A stretch of 63,037 nucleotides of DNA, filler included, from Chiloscyllium plagiosum (Eukaryota): NCBI RefSeq assembly GCF_004010195.1. It is 4 parts of one record of this genome, joined end to end, with 100 filler letters (N's around TTAATTAATTAA, not from the genome) between each part and the next. Parts side by side here need not be neighbours in the genome. Positions count along the whole stretch, not along the records: positions 40,705 to 60,672 come from NC_057710.1; positions 60,773 to 63,037 come from NC_057710.1; 2 more parts are not named here. The stretch is one strand, 5' to 3'. Of this stretch, positions 50,696 to 63,037 are shown piece after piece (position 1 is the stretch's first letter; every line of letters begins with the position of its first letter). Under the pieces are notes generated by a model. It searched no databases, was not told the DNA's origin, and saw only the letters and a program-made list of their open reading frames with translations. Both the position numbers and the translations under genes were made by a program.

Positions 50696-52084
50696 TAAGG
50701 GAAAAATCGCAGAGTTTTTCTTAAATGTGAGAGCTTGAAGCCAGGTGGCCGTCTTCATAAGTCACTGCCTGCTACACCTGGATACTGACTTTTCACTCAG
50801 AAGTCAAATGGTATTGCAGTTTTTATCAAAGAGGACTTCAGCACAAGGGCAATGCTTTCAATTGTAGAGAACATCGGTCAGATCACAACCGGAGTACTAT
50901 TGGACAGTTCTGGTTCCCTTGCCTAAGGAAAGATATATCTGTGATGAAGTGATTGCGCTGAGGGTTCACTAGACTAATTCATTAGATTATCCCCTAAGTC
51001 ATGAGTTCGAGAAGCCCGTGTTGGACTGGGGTATACAAAGTTAAAAATCACACAACACCAGGTTATAGTCAAACAGAATAAACCTATTGGATTATAATGT
51101 GGTTGTGTGTGATTTTTAACCTTATCCTATAAGGAGATGGTTGAGGACAATGGGCTTGTATTTACTGCTATTTGGAAATATGAGACAATCTTATATAAAC
51201 TTATGAAATTCCTCACAAATTCAGGAGCCTGGGTTTGATTACAGCCACGAGCGACTGTGAAGTTTGCACATTCTCCCAGTGTTCGCTGGGTTTCCTCCAG
51301 GTGCTCCGGTTTTCCCAACAGTCCAAAGATGTGCAGGTTGGGTGGATTAGCCATAGGAAATGTAGGGTTACAGGAATAGAGTAGGGGGTGGGTCTGGGTA
51401 GGCTGCTCTTTGTAGGGTTGGTGTGGACTCGATGGGCCAAACAGGCTGCTTCCATGAACTCTATTATGTGAATGGACAGAGCAAATGGATAAGGGACATT
51501 TCCCCTTACTGAGTAGTCCAGCTGAGGTTGGGGGGGGTGGGGGGGGGGGGTGGGGGGGAGGTCTCAGAATGAAAAAAAAGCAAGCCATTTAGGACTGACA
51601 ACAGCAGAACTTTTCATTCAGAAGGTGATGAATTTTATGAATTCTCTACCCAAAGGGCTCTGCAGGGTCAGTTATTGACTGGATTCAAAATGGAGACTGA
51701 TAGATTCCTAGTTACCAATAAAATGAAGCGATATGTGGATAGCATGGGAATATGGCAATACAGAAAGTGATCATCCATTATCTGGTCTGGCAGAGCAAGC
51801 TCAACAGCTGAATGGCCTTCTCCTGTTCCTATGTTCCTTACAATAATGAAGTTCGAAAGATATTCATTTAATGTGTTAGCTAGTCCATATGAGATTTCCC
51901 TTTGGATCATTAACAAACCCAACTTTTTCCCGAGTTAATCTCAAACCTTTCTTTATTCATAAATATTTTAAAGTTCATGTTGTTTGTTGATCTTTTCTGG
52001 TAACCTCTCTTTTACTCCTGTATTAGCATTTTCAATTTCCTCCCATACTTTCCATAATCTTTCAGATTGGTAACTGAAACTTGC

Positions 52085-53880
52085 TGAAAATGTGTTGCTG
52101 GAAAAGCGCAGCAGATCAGGCAGCATCCAAGGAGCAGGAGAATCGATGTTTCGTGCATGAGCCCTTCTTCAGGAATGAGGAAAGTGTGCCAAGCAGGCTA
52201 AGATAAAAGGTGGGCGGCACGGTGGCACAGTGGTTAGCACTGCTGCCTCGCAGCGCCAGAGAGCCAGGTTCAATTCCCACCTCAGGCGACTGACTGTGTG
52301 GAGTTTGCACGTTCTCCCCGTGTCTGCGTGGGTTTCCTCCGGGTGCTCCGGTTTCCTCCCACAATCCAAAGATGTNNNNNNNNNNNNNNNNNNNNNNNNN
52401 NNNNNNNNNNNNNNNNNNNNNNNNNNNNNNNNNNNNNNNNNNNNNNNNNNNNNNNNNNNNNNNNNNNNNNNNNNNNNNNNNNNNNNNNNNNNNNNNNNNN
52501 NNNNNNNNNNNNNNNNNNNNNNNNNNNNNNNNNNNNNNNNNNNNNNNNNNNNNNNNNNNNNNNNNNNNNNNNNNNNNNNNNNNNNNNNNNNNNNNNNNNN
52601 NNNNNNNNNNNNNNNNNNNNNNNNNNNNNNNNNNNNNNNNNNNNNNNNNNNNNNNNNNNNNNNNNNNNNNNNNNNNNNNNNNNNNNNNNNNNNNNNNNNN
52701 NNNNNNNNNNNNNNNNNNNNNNNNNNNNNNNNNNNNNNNNNNNNNNNNNNNNNNNNNNNNNNNNNNNNNNNNNNNNNNNNNNNNNNNNNNNNNNNNNNNN
52801 NNNNNNNNNNNNNNNNNNNNNNNNNNNNNNNNNNNNNNNNNNNNNNNNNNNNNNNNNNNNNNNNNNNNNNNNNNNNNNNNNNNNNNNNNNNGGAGGTTGG
52901 TGGGGTGGTAGGTGAGGACCAGAGGGGTTCTGTCCTGGTGGCGATTGGAGGGGCGGGGTTCAAGGGCGGAGGAGCGGGAAGTGGAGGAGATGCGGTGGAG
53001 AGCATCGTAGACCACGTCTGGGGGGAAATTGCGGTCTTTGAAGGAGGAGGCCGTCTGGGTTGTTCGGTATTGGAACTGGTCCTCCTGGGAGCAGATGCAG
53101 CAGAGACGAAGGAATTGGGAATATGGGATGGCGTTTTTACAGGGGGCAGGGTGGGAGGAGGTGTAGTCTAGGTAGCTGTGGGAGTCGGTCGGTTTATAGT
53201 AAATGTCCGTGTTGAGTCGGTCACCCGAGATAGAATTGGAGAGGTCCAGGAAGGGGAGGGAGGAATCTGAGACTGTCCAGGTAAATTTGAGGTCAGGGTG
53301 GAAGGTGTTAGTAAAATGAATGAACTGTTCAACCTCCTCATGGGAGCACGAGACAGCGTAGCTGCGGAAGATGGACTGTTCCACATATTCTATGAAGAGG
53401 CAGGCTTAGCTGGGGCCCATGTGGGTGCCCATGGCTACTCCTTTGGTTTGGAGGAAGTGGGAGGATTGGAAAGAGTTGTTCAGAGTGAGAACCAGTTCAG
53501 TCAGTCGAAGGAGGGTGTCAGTGGAAGGGTACTGGTTGGTACGGCGGGAAAGGAAGAAGCGGAGGCCTTTGAGGCCTTCGTGATGGGGGATGGAGGTGTA
53601 CAGGGACTGGATGTCCATGGTGAAGATAAGGCGTTGGGGACCGGGGAAGCAAAAATCATGGAGGAGGTGGAGGGCGTAGCTGGTGTCCCGAATGTAGGTG
53701 GGAAGTTCTTGGACTAAGGGGGACAGGACCGTGTCGAGGTATGCAGAGATGAGTTCGGTGGGGCAGGAGCAGGCTGAGACAATGGGTCGGTTGGGCCAGT
53801 CAGGTTTGTGGATTTTGGGCAGGAGGTAGAAACGGGGGTGCGGGGTTGTGGGACTATGAGGTTGGAGGTGGTGGGGGACA
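52085..53880 (-). mobile_element. Penelope-like element of a second type: RT region and terminus, with HE1 insert 52211-52375 and gap 52376-52891
   Basis: FYLLPKIHKP, FTMDIQSLYTSIP, QTKGVAMGT, LPFLDL...YYKPTDSHSYLDYTSSHP; hammerhead motif 52145-52172(-). Confidence 0.85.
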
Positions 53881-53914
53881 CCACCCACGCCCTCCACCTC
53901 CTCCATGATTTTCG

Positions 53915-54485
53915 CTTCGCACACAAACCAACAGCCACTCTCAGACAACAACTCACCAGGTCAAAGGACCCGATACCCAGCATGAGCAAAACCAACGTAG
54001 TATACAAAATCCCATGCAAGGACTGCACAAAACACTACATAGGACAAACAGGAAGACAGCTAATGATCCGTATCCATTAACACCAACTAATCACGAAACG
54101 ACACGACCAGCTATCCTTAGCCACACACGCAGATGACAAGCAACATGAGTTCGACTGGGACAACACTACTATTATAGGACAAGCCAAACAGAACAGCCAG
54201 GGAATTCCTAGAGGCACGGCACTCATCCACAGATTCTATCAACAAACACATCGACCTGGACCCAATATACTGGCCACTGCAGCGGTTAGCTGGAACTGAC
54301 AACTGGAAGTGGCAGAGACAAACCACTATAAATGCCGGAGGAAAGATCACAAAAGCGCTTCATAGGAGGCTCCCAAGCACTGAGGATGTCACCGAGACAG
54401 GGGACGAAACGTCTGCAACACAAATTCCCAGCTTGGTGGACAGAACCACAACAACGAGCACCCGAGCTACAAATCTTCTCACAAA
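53915..54485 (+). mobile_element. Penelope-like element 3' end (GIY-YIG)
   Basis: AHKPTATLRQQL...VVYKIPCKDCTKHYIGQTGRQL. Confidence 0.85.
54377..54416 (+). ncRNA. Minimal hammerhead motif with intact core (family C)
   Basis: GCA-CTGAGGA-T-GTCACC-GAGACA-GGGGAC-GAAA-CGT-C-TGC: stem I GCA/TGC, stem II, ACGT palindrome. Confidence 0.7.
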
Positions 54486-57400
54486 GGTTGTGATTACTGC
54501 AGGTCAGTCATCTCAAATCGAGGATGTGACTGCAAAGATTCCTCAGACTAGTGTCCTAGGCCTAACCATCTTCAGCTGTTTCATCAATGACCTTCCCTCC
54601 ATCCTAAGGTCAGAAGTGGGGATGTTTGGCAATGATTGCAATGTTCAGCACCACTTGCAACTCCTCAGAAACTGAAACTGTCCATGTTCAAATGAACAAG
54701 ATGTGAACAAAACCAGGATTGGGCTGACAAGTGGCAAGTAACATTCACACCGCACAGGTGCCAGGCTATGACCATCACGAACAAAAGACAACCTAACAAC
54801 CTTGACATTCAATGGTGTTACCATCACTGAATTCCCCAACTATCAACATCCTTAGGTTTACCATAGACCAGAAAACCAACTGGACTCACCACATAAACAC
54901 TGTGGCTGTAAGAGCAGGTCAGAGGCTTGGAATATTGTGGCGAGTAACTCACCTCCTGACTCCCCAAAGCCTGTCCACCATTAAGGCACAAGTCAGGAGT
55001 GTGATGTAATACTCCCCACTTACCTGGATGGGGGCAGCTCCAACAACACTCAAGAAACTTGACACCATCCAGAATAAAACAGCCCACTTGATTGGCACCA
55101 CATCCACAAGCATTCACACCTTCAATCACTGACGCTTAGTAACAGCAGTGTGTACTGCAGAAGTTCAAAAATCCCCTTAGCACCTTCTGAAACCAAAACC
55201 ACAACCATCTAGAAGGACAAGCGTAATAGATACATGGGAACACCACCCCCTGCAAGTTTCCCTCCAAGCCATTCACCATCCTGACTTGGAAATATATCGC
55301 CGTTCCTTCACTGTCGCTGGGTCAAAACCTTGGAATTCCCTCGCTAAGGGCATTGTGGGTCAACCCACAGCAGGTGGACTGCAACAGTTCAAGAAAGCAG
55401 CTCACCTCCTCCTCAAAGGCAACTACGGTCGGGCAATAAATGCTGGCCCAGCCAGTGATGCCCACATTCCACAAATCAATATAAAAATTAATCATTAATT
55501 TCTTTGATATTTTCTAGATTCTTTTTGTTAGTACTCCAAACCAAAAGGTGTTTTTGCCAATTTAGCTGGATAGTTTTTGTCAGTATTAGACCACCCAGAA
55601 CAAGGTCTGATATTTGTTTCCTCCCTTGGTAAGCAGTAAGAAAGCTGTATTGCACATGGGGAAGGTATTGGCCTAGTGGTAATGTGGTGAAATATAATTT
55701 CAATGAAATAAAAATGTTTGAATGGCAACCATTTCACTACTGATGAAATCCATCTGGTTCATTAATGTCTTCTCAGGAAGGAGCTCTGTTGTCCTTACCC
55801 GCTGTGGCCTACAGACCCACAGCTACTGCCTCAGGGCAATTTGGAATTGTCAATAAATACTAGTCTAGTCAGTGACACCCACACCCCATGGACAAATATA
55901 AAAATGTCAAATTCTTCTCCTTTCCTCCGTCAGCACTGTACTTTCTCGGTCTGTATTAGATGAATTAAAGTCTCTAATCTTACTGCTCTAGTTTTGTTAG
56001 AGACCTTTGAAGTTGACCAACAAATTGTGCTCATCTTTCTCACTACTGGGAACTCAATAATGATTCCCAGTAATGTAACAATTCCCCCTTGAGTCCTTAC
56101 CACAAATCAATCAGACCGAGAATCAATGAGACAGGGCCCAGTTTAACGCATGCAAAAGGAATCTGTACATATTTTAACTTCTGTGGGTTTCTACTGGGTG
56201 CACGGATTTCTTCCCACAGTCCAAAGGTGTGCAGGTGAGGTGGATTGGCCATGTTAAATTGTCTGTAGGGTTACAAGGATAGGATAGGGGGATGCGTCTG
56301 GGTGGAATAATCTTGAGGGTTGGTATGGACTCGATAGGCTGAATGGCCTCTGACTGTACTGTACGGATTCTGTGATTCTATGGGGACAAGATGAAATGCT
56401 TTAATTTCTTGTCTTCTTTCAGCAATGTTTAATGTCTGTACTACCAGGCAATTACTTATTTGGTTTTCAATTTATTTCTCTATATCAGGTGCGGCATCAA
56501 AGTGTAGGAACATATTCAAAGTGGATCAGAGATGTACCTTGAGGCAGGCACATCAGCTACTAAAGTCAGTGAATGTGGGGTGTGTATGACCCTGAGATGT
56601 TGGTGCCCAGTGTCCAACACAGAGGTCGTTTGGAGCAAACTTCGAACTGAAATTGTAAGGTACCCAATCTGACTTCCATGTCAAGAATTCTTGGCACCTC
56701 AGCAACAAATACTGGCCAAAGCAGTAATGGCAATATGCCCTTGAAATGGTTTTTAAAAAGTAGAGTGTTCCCTAATACAAAAAAAACCACAGTGGATGCT
56801 GAAAATCTGCAACAAAAACAAAGTGCAGCAAGTCTGGCAGCATCTGTGGAGACCAAAAATATTAAGTCTGTTTCTCCACAGACACTGACAGATCTGAGTT
56901 TCCCCAGCACTTTCTCAGCACTGCACTGGAGTGTTAGCCTGGATTTCATGCTCAAGCCTATACAGCAGGACTCAAATCCATAAAATTCTGACTCAGAAGC
57001 ATGTGACCTCCTTACTGAGCCACTCAGAAATAGGTTTCAGAGCTAATTATTTAGTTGAGAGGTTTTTGCTCAAGACTAATCAGTGACAACCAGTGCACTG
57101 GAATTAAGAGGCTCAAATCCGTATGCAATACTTGTCGGAACCGTTGTTACCAAGGTATGTTCTTCATCAGATCTGTTCAAAGATAAGAACTAGCAGTAGA
57201 CAATTTGGCCCGTCAGGTTTGCTCCACCAATAATATCATGGCTGAGCTGATTGTAGCCTTGAGTCCCATTTTCTGCCTGTCCTCCATTATCCTTGATTCA
57301 TTGTTAGCCAATTAATCTTCTGAACACAGCCTCAAGCATCACTGATTCAGCCTCTACTGTTCTCTGGGGAACAGAAACCCACACATTCAGAAAATCTCTG

Positions 57401-57953
57401 TCAAGTCGGTCTTAAATGGATGACTATTTATTTTGAAACCATGATCCCTGTTCTAGGTTTCCTCACAAGGTAAAACATCCTCAACCCTGTTGAGCCCACT
57501 CAGATTCTTATTAAGACCATTACTCATCCTTCTAAAATCCAACAAACATTGGCTCAAACTGCTGAAGATTTCCCCACAGGGAAACAGCTTTATCTCCGGA
57601 ATCAGCTGACTGAACCTCCTTTGAACTGCTTCCAATGCAGAATATCCCTTCTAACGAGAGGAGACCAAAACTGACAGCAAACATCACCTTTTTTTTTAAG
57701 AAAAAGGATCACAGAAGTGTAGGCTGGAATGAAAGAAGTGTCACTCAACATAAGGTGCAGGTATGTCCTAAAGGCAATTTTAATTACAGAGGACTGATAA
57801 ATATTGGAAATTGATTGAACGTCCTGTGATATAGTTGACTTTCTCAGTCCGAAAAGAGTGAAAGTCAACCTCACCACCGGACAGCCATTGAAGAGCTATC
57901 TAAAGTACCTCTTATCCTGCCCATTTATCCAGAACTTTAATAACCTCACTGAC

Positions 57954-58593
57954 CTTGGTTTGTGATTCGCATCCTTCAGGAACCAGCCACTGCCTTTACT
58001 CTTTTCCGCCAAAGAACTGCATTTCCTCACAGGCGAGGGAGTCCGGGATCTCTTGCTTTCGGAATCTTTGCTCTCACTTCCAAAGGGGAAAATGCTGGCC
58101 TTCTTAGTCTCATCTGGGATGTTCTTTGTTGGCTCGATGGTGGAGATAATGGGAGCAGCAGCATGAATGGGCTTGGGACTCCATGTGCTTTTGACTTCCT
58201 CCTTCTTCTCACTGTCTCCAGTCAGGACGGGAGCACCTTCTTCATCAGCCACTCTGATGACTGGAGGGATCAGCCTGGCCTCCATCTTTGTTGTGTCCCT
58301 GGATGTCACCTCAGACTCATCCAGGGAAGGTGGCCAAGGAGGGGGCTCTTTCTTGCTTGCAATATCCTGGGAGGAATGGGACAGGGACGTCAATTCAGGG
58401 AATAAATTAGAAGGTGATTTGGAGGCATGCTCCTCACTGTAGATGTGGCTCCCATTGATGCAGAGCGATGACCTGGACAATGGGCTTGTCTTTGGTGCAA
58501 GGCCTTTGATATTGGGTACATTCGTCTGGCCAACCTCGTCACTAAGAGCCCTCTTGTGCGTCATTTTCTTAGGTAAGGACGGATTGTCATCTA
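57954..58593 (-). CDS. RAB11FIP5: RAB11FIP5 internal coding exon (640 nt, phase 1 to phase 2)
   Basis: ttctctttcctggtcag acceptor, AAG|gtcagt donor; THKRALSDE, SRSSLCINGSHIYSEE and GWF...KP motifs match recalled class-I Rab11-FIP/RAB11FIP5 sequence. Confidence 0.88.
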
Positions 58594-58789
58594 CTGACCA
58601 GGAAAGAGAAACAAAAATGCAACAACTCAATTGGAATTCAGACAGTAATTCTAGAGCTCATGTTTTATTTCAGTCGGGCAAAACACACTGAACCTCACCA
58701 TGTACTGAACACAACCAATTATACCGCACCATACTACAGAACACTGCAAGAGGCTAGACAATAAATTGAGAGTTCTAGTTCACAATTTT

Positions 58790-59640
58790 GCATCATCATC
58801 AGCCATGGGTGAGCTCCCAGAAGAGTGGAGGGTAGCGAATGTTGTGCCCTTATTCAAGAAGGGTCGCAAAGAAAAACCTTGGAGCTAGAGATGAGTAAAC
58901 TTGATATCTGTGGTAGGTAAGTTACTTGAGAAGGTTCTGAGTGACAAGATATCCATGCATTTGGAAAGACAGGGTTTGATTAGGAGTAGACAGCAAGGCT
59001 TTATGCATGGGAGATCATGCCTCACAAATTTGTTCGAGTTCTTCGGTGACATGACCAGGAAGGTTGACGAGGGCAGGGCAGTAGACGTAGTCGATATGGA
59101 TTTCAGTTAAGGCCTTTGATAAGGTTCTACGTGGTAGGCTGCTCTGAAAGGTTAGATCACATGGAATCCAAAGAAAGCTGGTAAATTGGATACATAATTG
59201 ACTTGATGGTAGGAAGCAGAGGGTAATAGTGGAAGGATGCTTGTCGGACTGGAGGCCTGAGATGAGTGGAATACCTCAGAGGTCAGTGCTGGGCCATTGC
59301 TGTTTGATATCTATATCAATGAAGTGGATGAGAATGTACAAGGCATGATGAGTAAGTTTGCAGATGACACTAAAATAGGAGATATCATTGGACAGTGAGG
59401 AAGGTTCTCAGAAATTGCAGCAGAACCTGGATCAGCTGGGGAACTGGGCCGAGAAACTGCAGACAGAGTTTAATAGAAACAAGTGTGAGGTCTTGCATTT
59501 TTGAAAATCACATCAAGGTAGGAGTTTCATGACGAATGGTAGAGACCTTAAGGAATGCAGTGAAACAGAGGGACTTTGGAGTCATAGGTAGACTGGGCAG
59601 TGAAGAAGGCTTGTGGTACACTGGCCTTCATCAGTCAGGG
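58790..59640 (+). mobile_element. CR1 ORF2 RT fragment
   Basis: SVVGKLLEK...QQGFMHGRSCLTNLFEFF...VDVVDMDFS. Confidence 0.85.
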
Positions 59641-59642
59641 CG

Positions 59643-60965
59643 GTAAAAACAATGACTGTAGATGCTGGAAACCAGATTCTGGATCAGTGGTGCTGGAAGA
59701 GCACAACAATTCAGGCAGCATCCGAGGAGCAGTAAAATCGACGTATCGGGCAAAAGCCCTTCATCAGGAATAAAGGCAGAGAGCCTGAAGCGTGGAGAGA
59801 TAAGCTAGAGGAGAGTGGGGGTGGGGAGAGAGTGGCATAGAGTACAATAGGTCAGTGGGGAAGGAGATGAAGGTGATAGGTCAGGGAGGAGAGGGGGGAG
59901 TGGATAGGTGGAAAAGGAGCTGGGCAGGTCGGACAAGTCCGGACAGGTCAGGGATCGAGTTGCTGGAGGTTAGAAGCTAGGATGAGGTGGGGGAAGGGGA
60001 AATGAGGAAACTGTTAAAATCCACATTGATGCCCTGGGGTTGAAGTGTTCCGAGGCAGAAGATGAGGCGTTCTTCCTCCAGGCATCTGGTGGTGAGGGAG
60101 TGGCGGTGAAGGAGGCCCAGGACCTCCATATCCTCGGCAGAGTGGGAGGGGGAGTTGAAATGTTGAGCCACGGGGCGATTTGGTTGATTGGTGCGGGTGT
60201 CCCGGAGATGTTCCCTAAAGCGCTCTGCTAGGAGGCGTCCAGTCTCCCCAATGTAGAGGAGACCGCATCGGGAGCAACGGATACAATAGATGATATTAGT
60301 GGATGTGCAAGTAAAACTTTGATGGATGTGGAAGGCTCCTTTAGGGCCTTAGATGGAGGTGAGGGAGGAGGTGTGGGCACAGGTTTTACAGTTCCTGCGG
60401 TGACAGGGGAAAGTGACAGGATGGGAGGGTGGGTCGTAGGGGAGCGTGGACCTGACCAGGTAGTCACGGAGGGAACGGTCTTTGCGGAAGGCGGAGAGGG
60501 GTGGGGAGGGAAATATATCCCTGGTGGTGGGGTCTGTTTGGAGGTGGCGGAAATGTCGGCGGATGATTTGGTTTATGCAAAGGTTGGTAGGGTGGAAGGT
60601 GAGCACCAGGGGAGTTCTGTCCTTGTTGCGGTTGGAGGGGTTGGGTCTGAGGGCGGAGGTGCGGGATATGGANNNNNNNNNNNNNNNNNNNNNNNNNNNN
60701 NNNNNNNNNNNNNNNNTTAATTAATTAANNNNNNNNNNNNNNNNNNNNNNNNNNNNNNNNNNNNNNNNNNNNCGCCCCTCCCCCAAGTCCCTCCTCCCTA
60801 CCTTTTATCTTAGCCTGCTGGACAAACTTTCCTCATTCCTGAAGAAGGGCTTATGCCCGAAACGTCGATTCTCCTGTTCCCTGGATGCTGCTTGACCTGC
60901 TGCGCTCTTCCAGCAACACATTTTCAGCTCTGATCTCCAGCCTCTGCAGACCTCACTTTCTCCCC
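59643..60965. mobile_element. Penelope-like sequence: minus copy 59643-60672, gap, plus terminus 60773-60965; hammerhead motifs 59740-59767(-, mutated) and 60839-60866(+, intact core)
   Basis: GIY-YIG remnants (AQHFNSPSHS...LEEERLIFCLGTLQPQGIN); CTGAAGA-A-GGGC-TTAT-GCCC-GAAA-CGTC. Confidence 0.8.
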
Positions 60966-61563
60966 ATATCCCCCTCAACCCTTTCTCTTCATGTAACCCT
61001 CCAAACATACCTTTTAAATGTTGTAATTACACCACTTCCTCTGGCAGCTCATTCCATACTGGCACCACCCTCTGCATGAAAAAGTTGCTCCTTGGGTGCC
61101 TTTTGAATTTTTCCCCTCACACCTTTGTTACGACACAGCAGTGAACCTCTCTGTTAATTAAACTAAACATCCAGAAAAACTCACCTCGCCTCATAATCAC
61201 TTAAAATGTAAGTGACAGAGAACCCCCAAATTCCACTATTGCAAGATAATAATATAAAATTATTCTTTAACTCTAAAAGTGAACATTAAACAACAACTAT
61301 TCGCAACTGTAAGCCCCCCCTCTTTCTCATAATTGCTTATTACATGTCTCTAACTTGATAACAATATACTGTTGCAATAAAATAATAAATTAGTAAAATT
61401 ACATCAACTTAATTTCAAAACCACAAAGCGGCTGTTGTCTTCTGTGTCTGTCTTCTTCCGGCTGAAGATCTCCCTGGGTTGTCTTCTTTCCAATTACTGT
61501 GAAGATGTTTCATATGGAAGGGTACCTTTGATAGAGAGTATTTCAATGTCTTGGGTCTGTCTT

Positions 61564-61614
<51 letters not shown>

Positions 61615-63037
61615 GGCAGTTGCTCTGACTGATTTTCAATATGCCTGCCTTTTTTCTATCCCTACCATCGGATCGTCTCATTGTTTCAATGTTGGCAAAA
61701 CCGTCCACGCGGTCCATATTCCTCTATTCACATATCTGTTAAGGTTCCTCTTAAACATTGCTATTGTATCTGCTTTTACCACCTGCATTAGTAGCCCATT
61801 CCAGGCACTTACCACTTTCTGTATAAAATAACTTGCCTCTCAAACTTCCTTTAACCTTTCCTCCTTTCACCTTAAACCTATATCCCCTAGTAAGTGACAT
61901 TTCTACCCTTCCACCTATCCATTCTATCCACGACTTTCATAATTTTGCAAACTATCCTCAGGTCATCCTCAGCCTCTGACGTTCAAATGAAAACAAACCA
62001 CATTTGGCCAACCTCTCCTCACAGCCAATACCCTCCAAATCTGGCAACATCCTGGTAAACCTTTTCCTAACCTTCACCAAAGCCTGCACATCCTCCGGTA
62101 GTGTGGTGACCAGAATTGTACACAGTATTCCAAATGTGGTCTCAATAAAGTTCTATGCAACTTATTCACCACCTTACGAATTTGTATTACCACTTTCAGG
62201 GAACTGTGGGCCTGTACATCTGGATCCCTCTGTATGTTATTGCCTCTAAGGGTTCTGCATACCTTTACTGCATTAGATCTTCCAAAATGCATCAGCTCGC
62301 ATTTGTCTGCATCAAATTCCATCTGTCATTTCTCCACCCAAATCTCCAGCCTATCTATATGATAGATTTAGGACAGATGATAGATTTAAGGCAGGTTCTT
62401 TATGCAGAGTGGTAAGGGAATGGAATGCCCTGCCTGCCAATGCAGTTAACTCAGCCACATTAGGGGCATGTAAACAGTCCTTGTATAAGCATATGGATGA
62501 TGATGGAATAGTGTCAGGGGAGGGGCTTAGATTAGTTTACAGGTCTGCGCAACATTGAGGGCCGAAGAGCCTGTTCTATGATGTATATTCTGTATGTTCT
62601 GTATGCTACATTGTCTTGTATTCCTCCTCACTATCTGCAGCTCCCCTACCTTTGTGTCATCCGAGAGATGGTACAGATTTAAAAATCACACAATAGCAGG
62701 TTAACCAGGTTAACAAAAAGTACACAACCTGCAGGTAGTCAATCCAGAGACGTTTTATGAATTCCTACTTTGGAAATAGAACCAGTTTGACTCAAGATTG
62801 GGATGCAGACAAACTCTAACCTCACATCTTTAATACATGGAGTCATAGAGATGTACAGCATGGAAACAGACCCTTCGGTCTAACCTGTCCACGCCAATCA
62901 GATATCACAACCCAATCTAGTCCAACCTGCCAGCACCCAGCCCATATCCCTCTAAACCCTTCCTATTCATATACCCATCCAAATACCTCTTAAATGTTGC
63001 AATTGTACCAGCCTCCACCACTTCCTCTGGCAGCTCA

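Noticed and set aside
57962..58442. Plus-strand ORFs of 147 and 91 aa
   Set aside because: Antisense shadows of the RAB11FIP5 exon
61126..61715. Possible additional LTR starting TGTTACGAC
   Set aside because: No matching CA terminus or TSD could be identified; left uncalled

Overview
Eukaryotic, repeat-saturated vertebrate DNA, almost certainly an elasmobranch (shark). HE1-type V-SINEs, Deu-type SINEs, CR1-clade LINEs and Penelope-like elements (PLEs) dominate. Two host genes lie head-to-tail on the minus strand, in the arrangement known from other vertebrates. RAB11FIP5 is represented by an internal coding exon (57954-58593), its last coding exon (39451-39672) and a ~2.2 kb 3'UTR ending near 37290. 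SFXN5 is represented by a CpG-island promoter with NRF1 and ZNF143 motifs, exon 1 CDS (35600-35662) and exon 2 (10397-10465). The most interesting signal is about 20 minimal type-I hammerhead ribozyme motifs (CTGA[T/A/G]GA - stem II - GAAA-CG/GC-T-H). They fall into at least five sequence families with covarying stems and sit in PLE termini and in 130-650 bp non-autonomous, often fold-back insertions flanked by ~13-bp target-site duplications. One lies on the read-through strand between the RAB11FIP5 polyA site and the SFXN5 promoter. Also present are a solo LTR with a well-preserved promoter in SFXN5 intron 1, an L1 5' end with a YY1 site, a young CR1 with a tandem 5'UTR, SINE/LINE partner pairs and six assembly gaps. 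The 1-7259 segment may be a separately scaffolded contig. All family assignments come from recalled motifs, not database searches.
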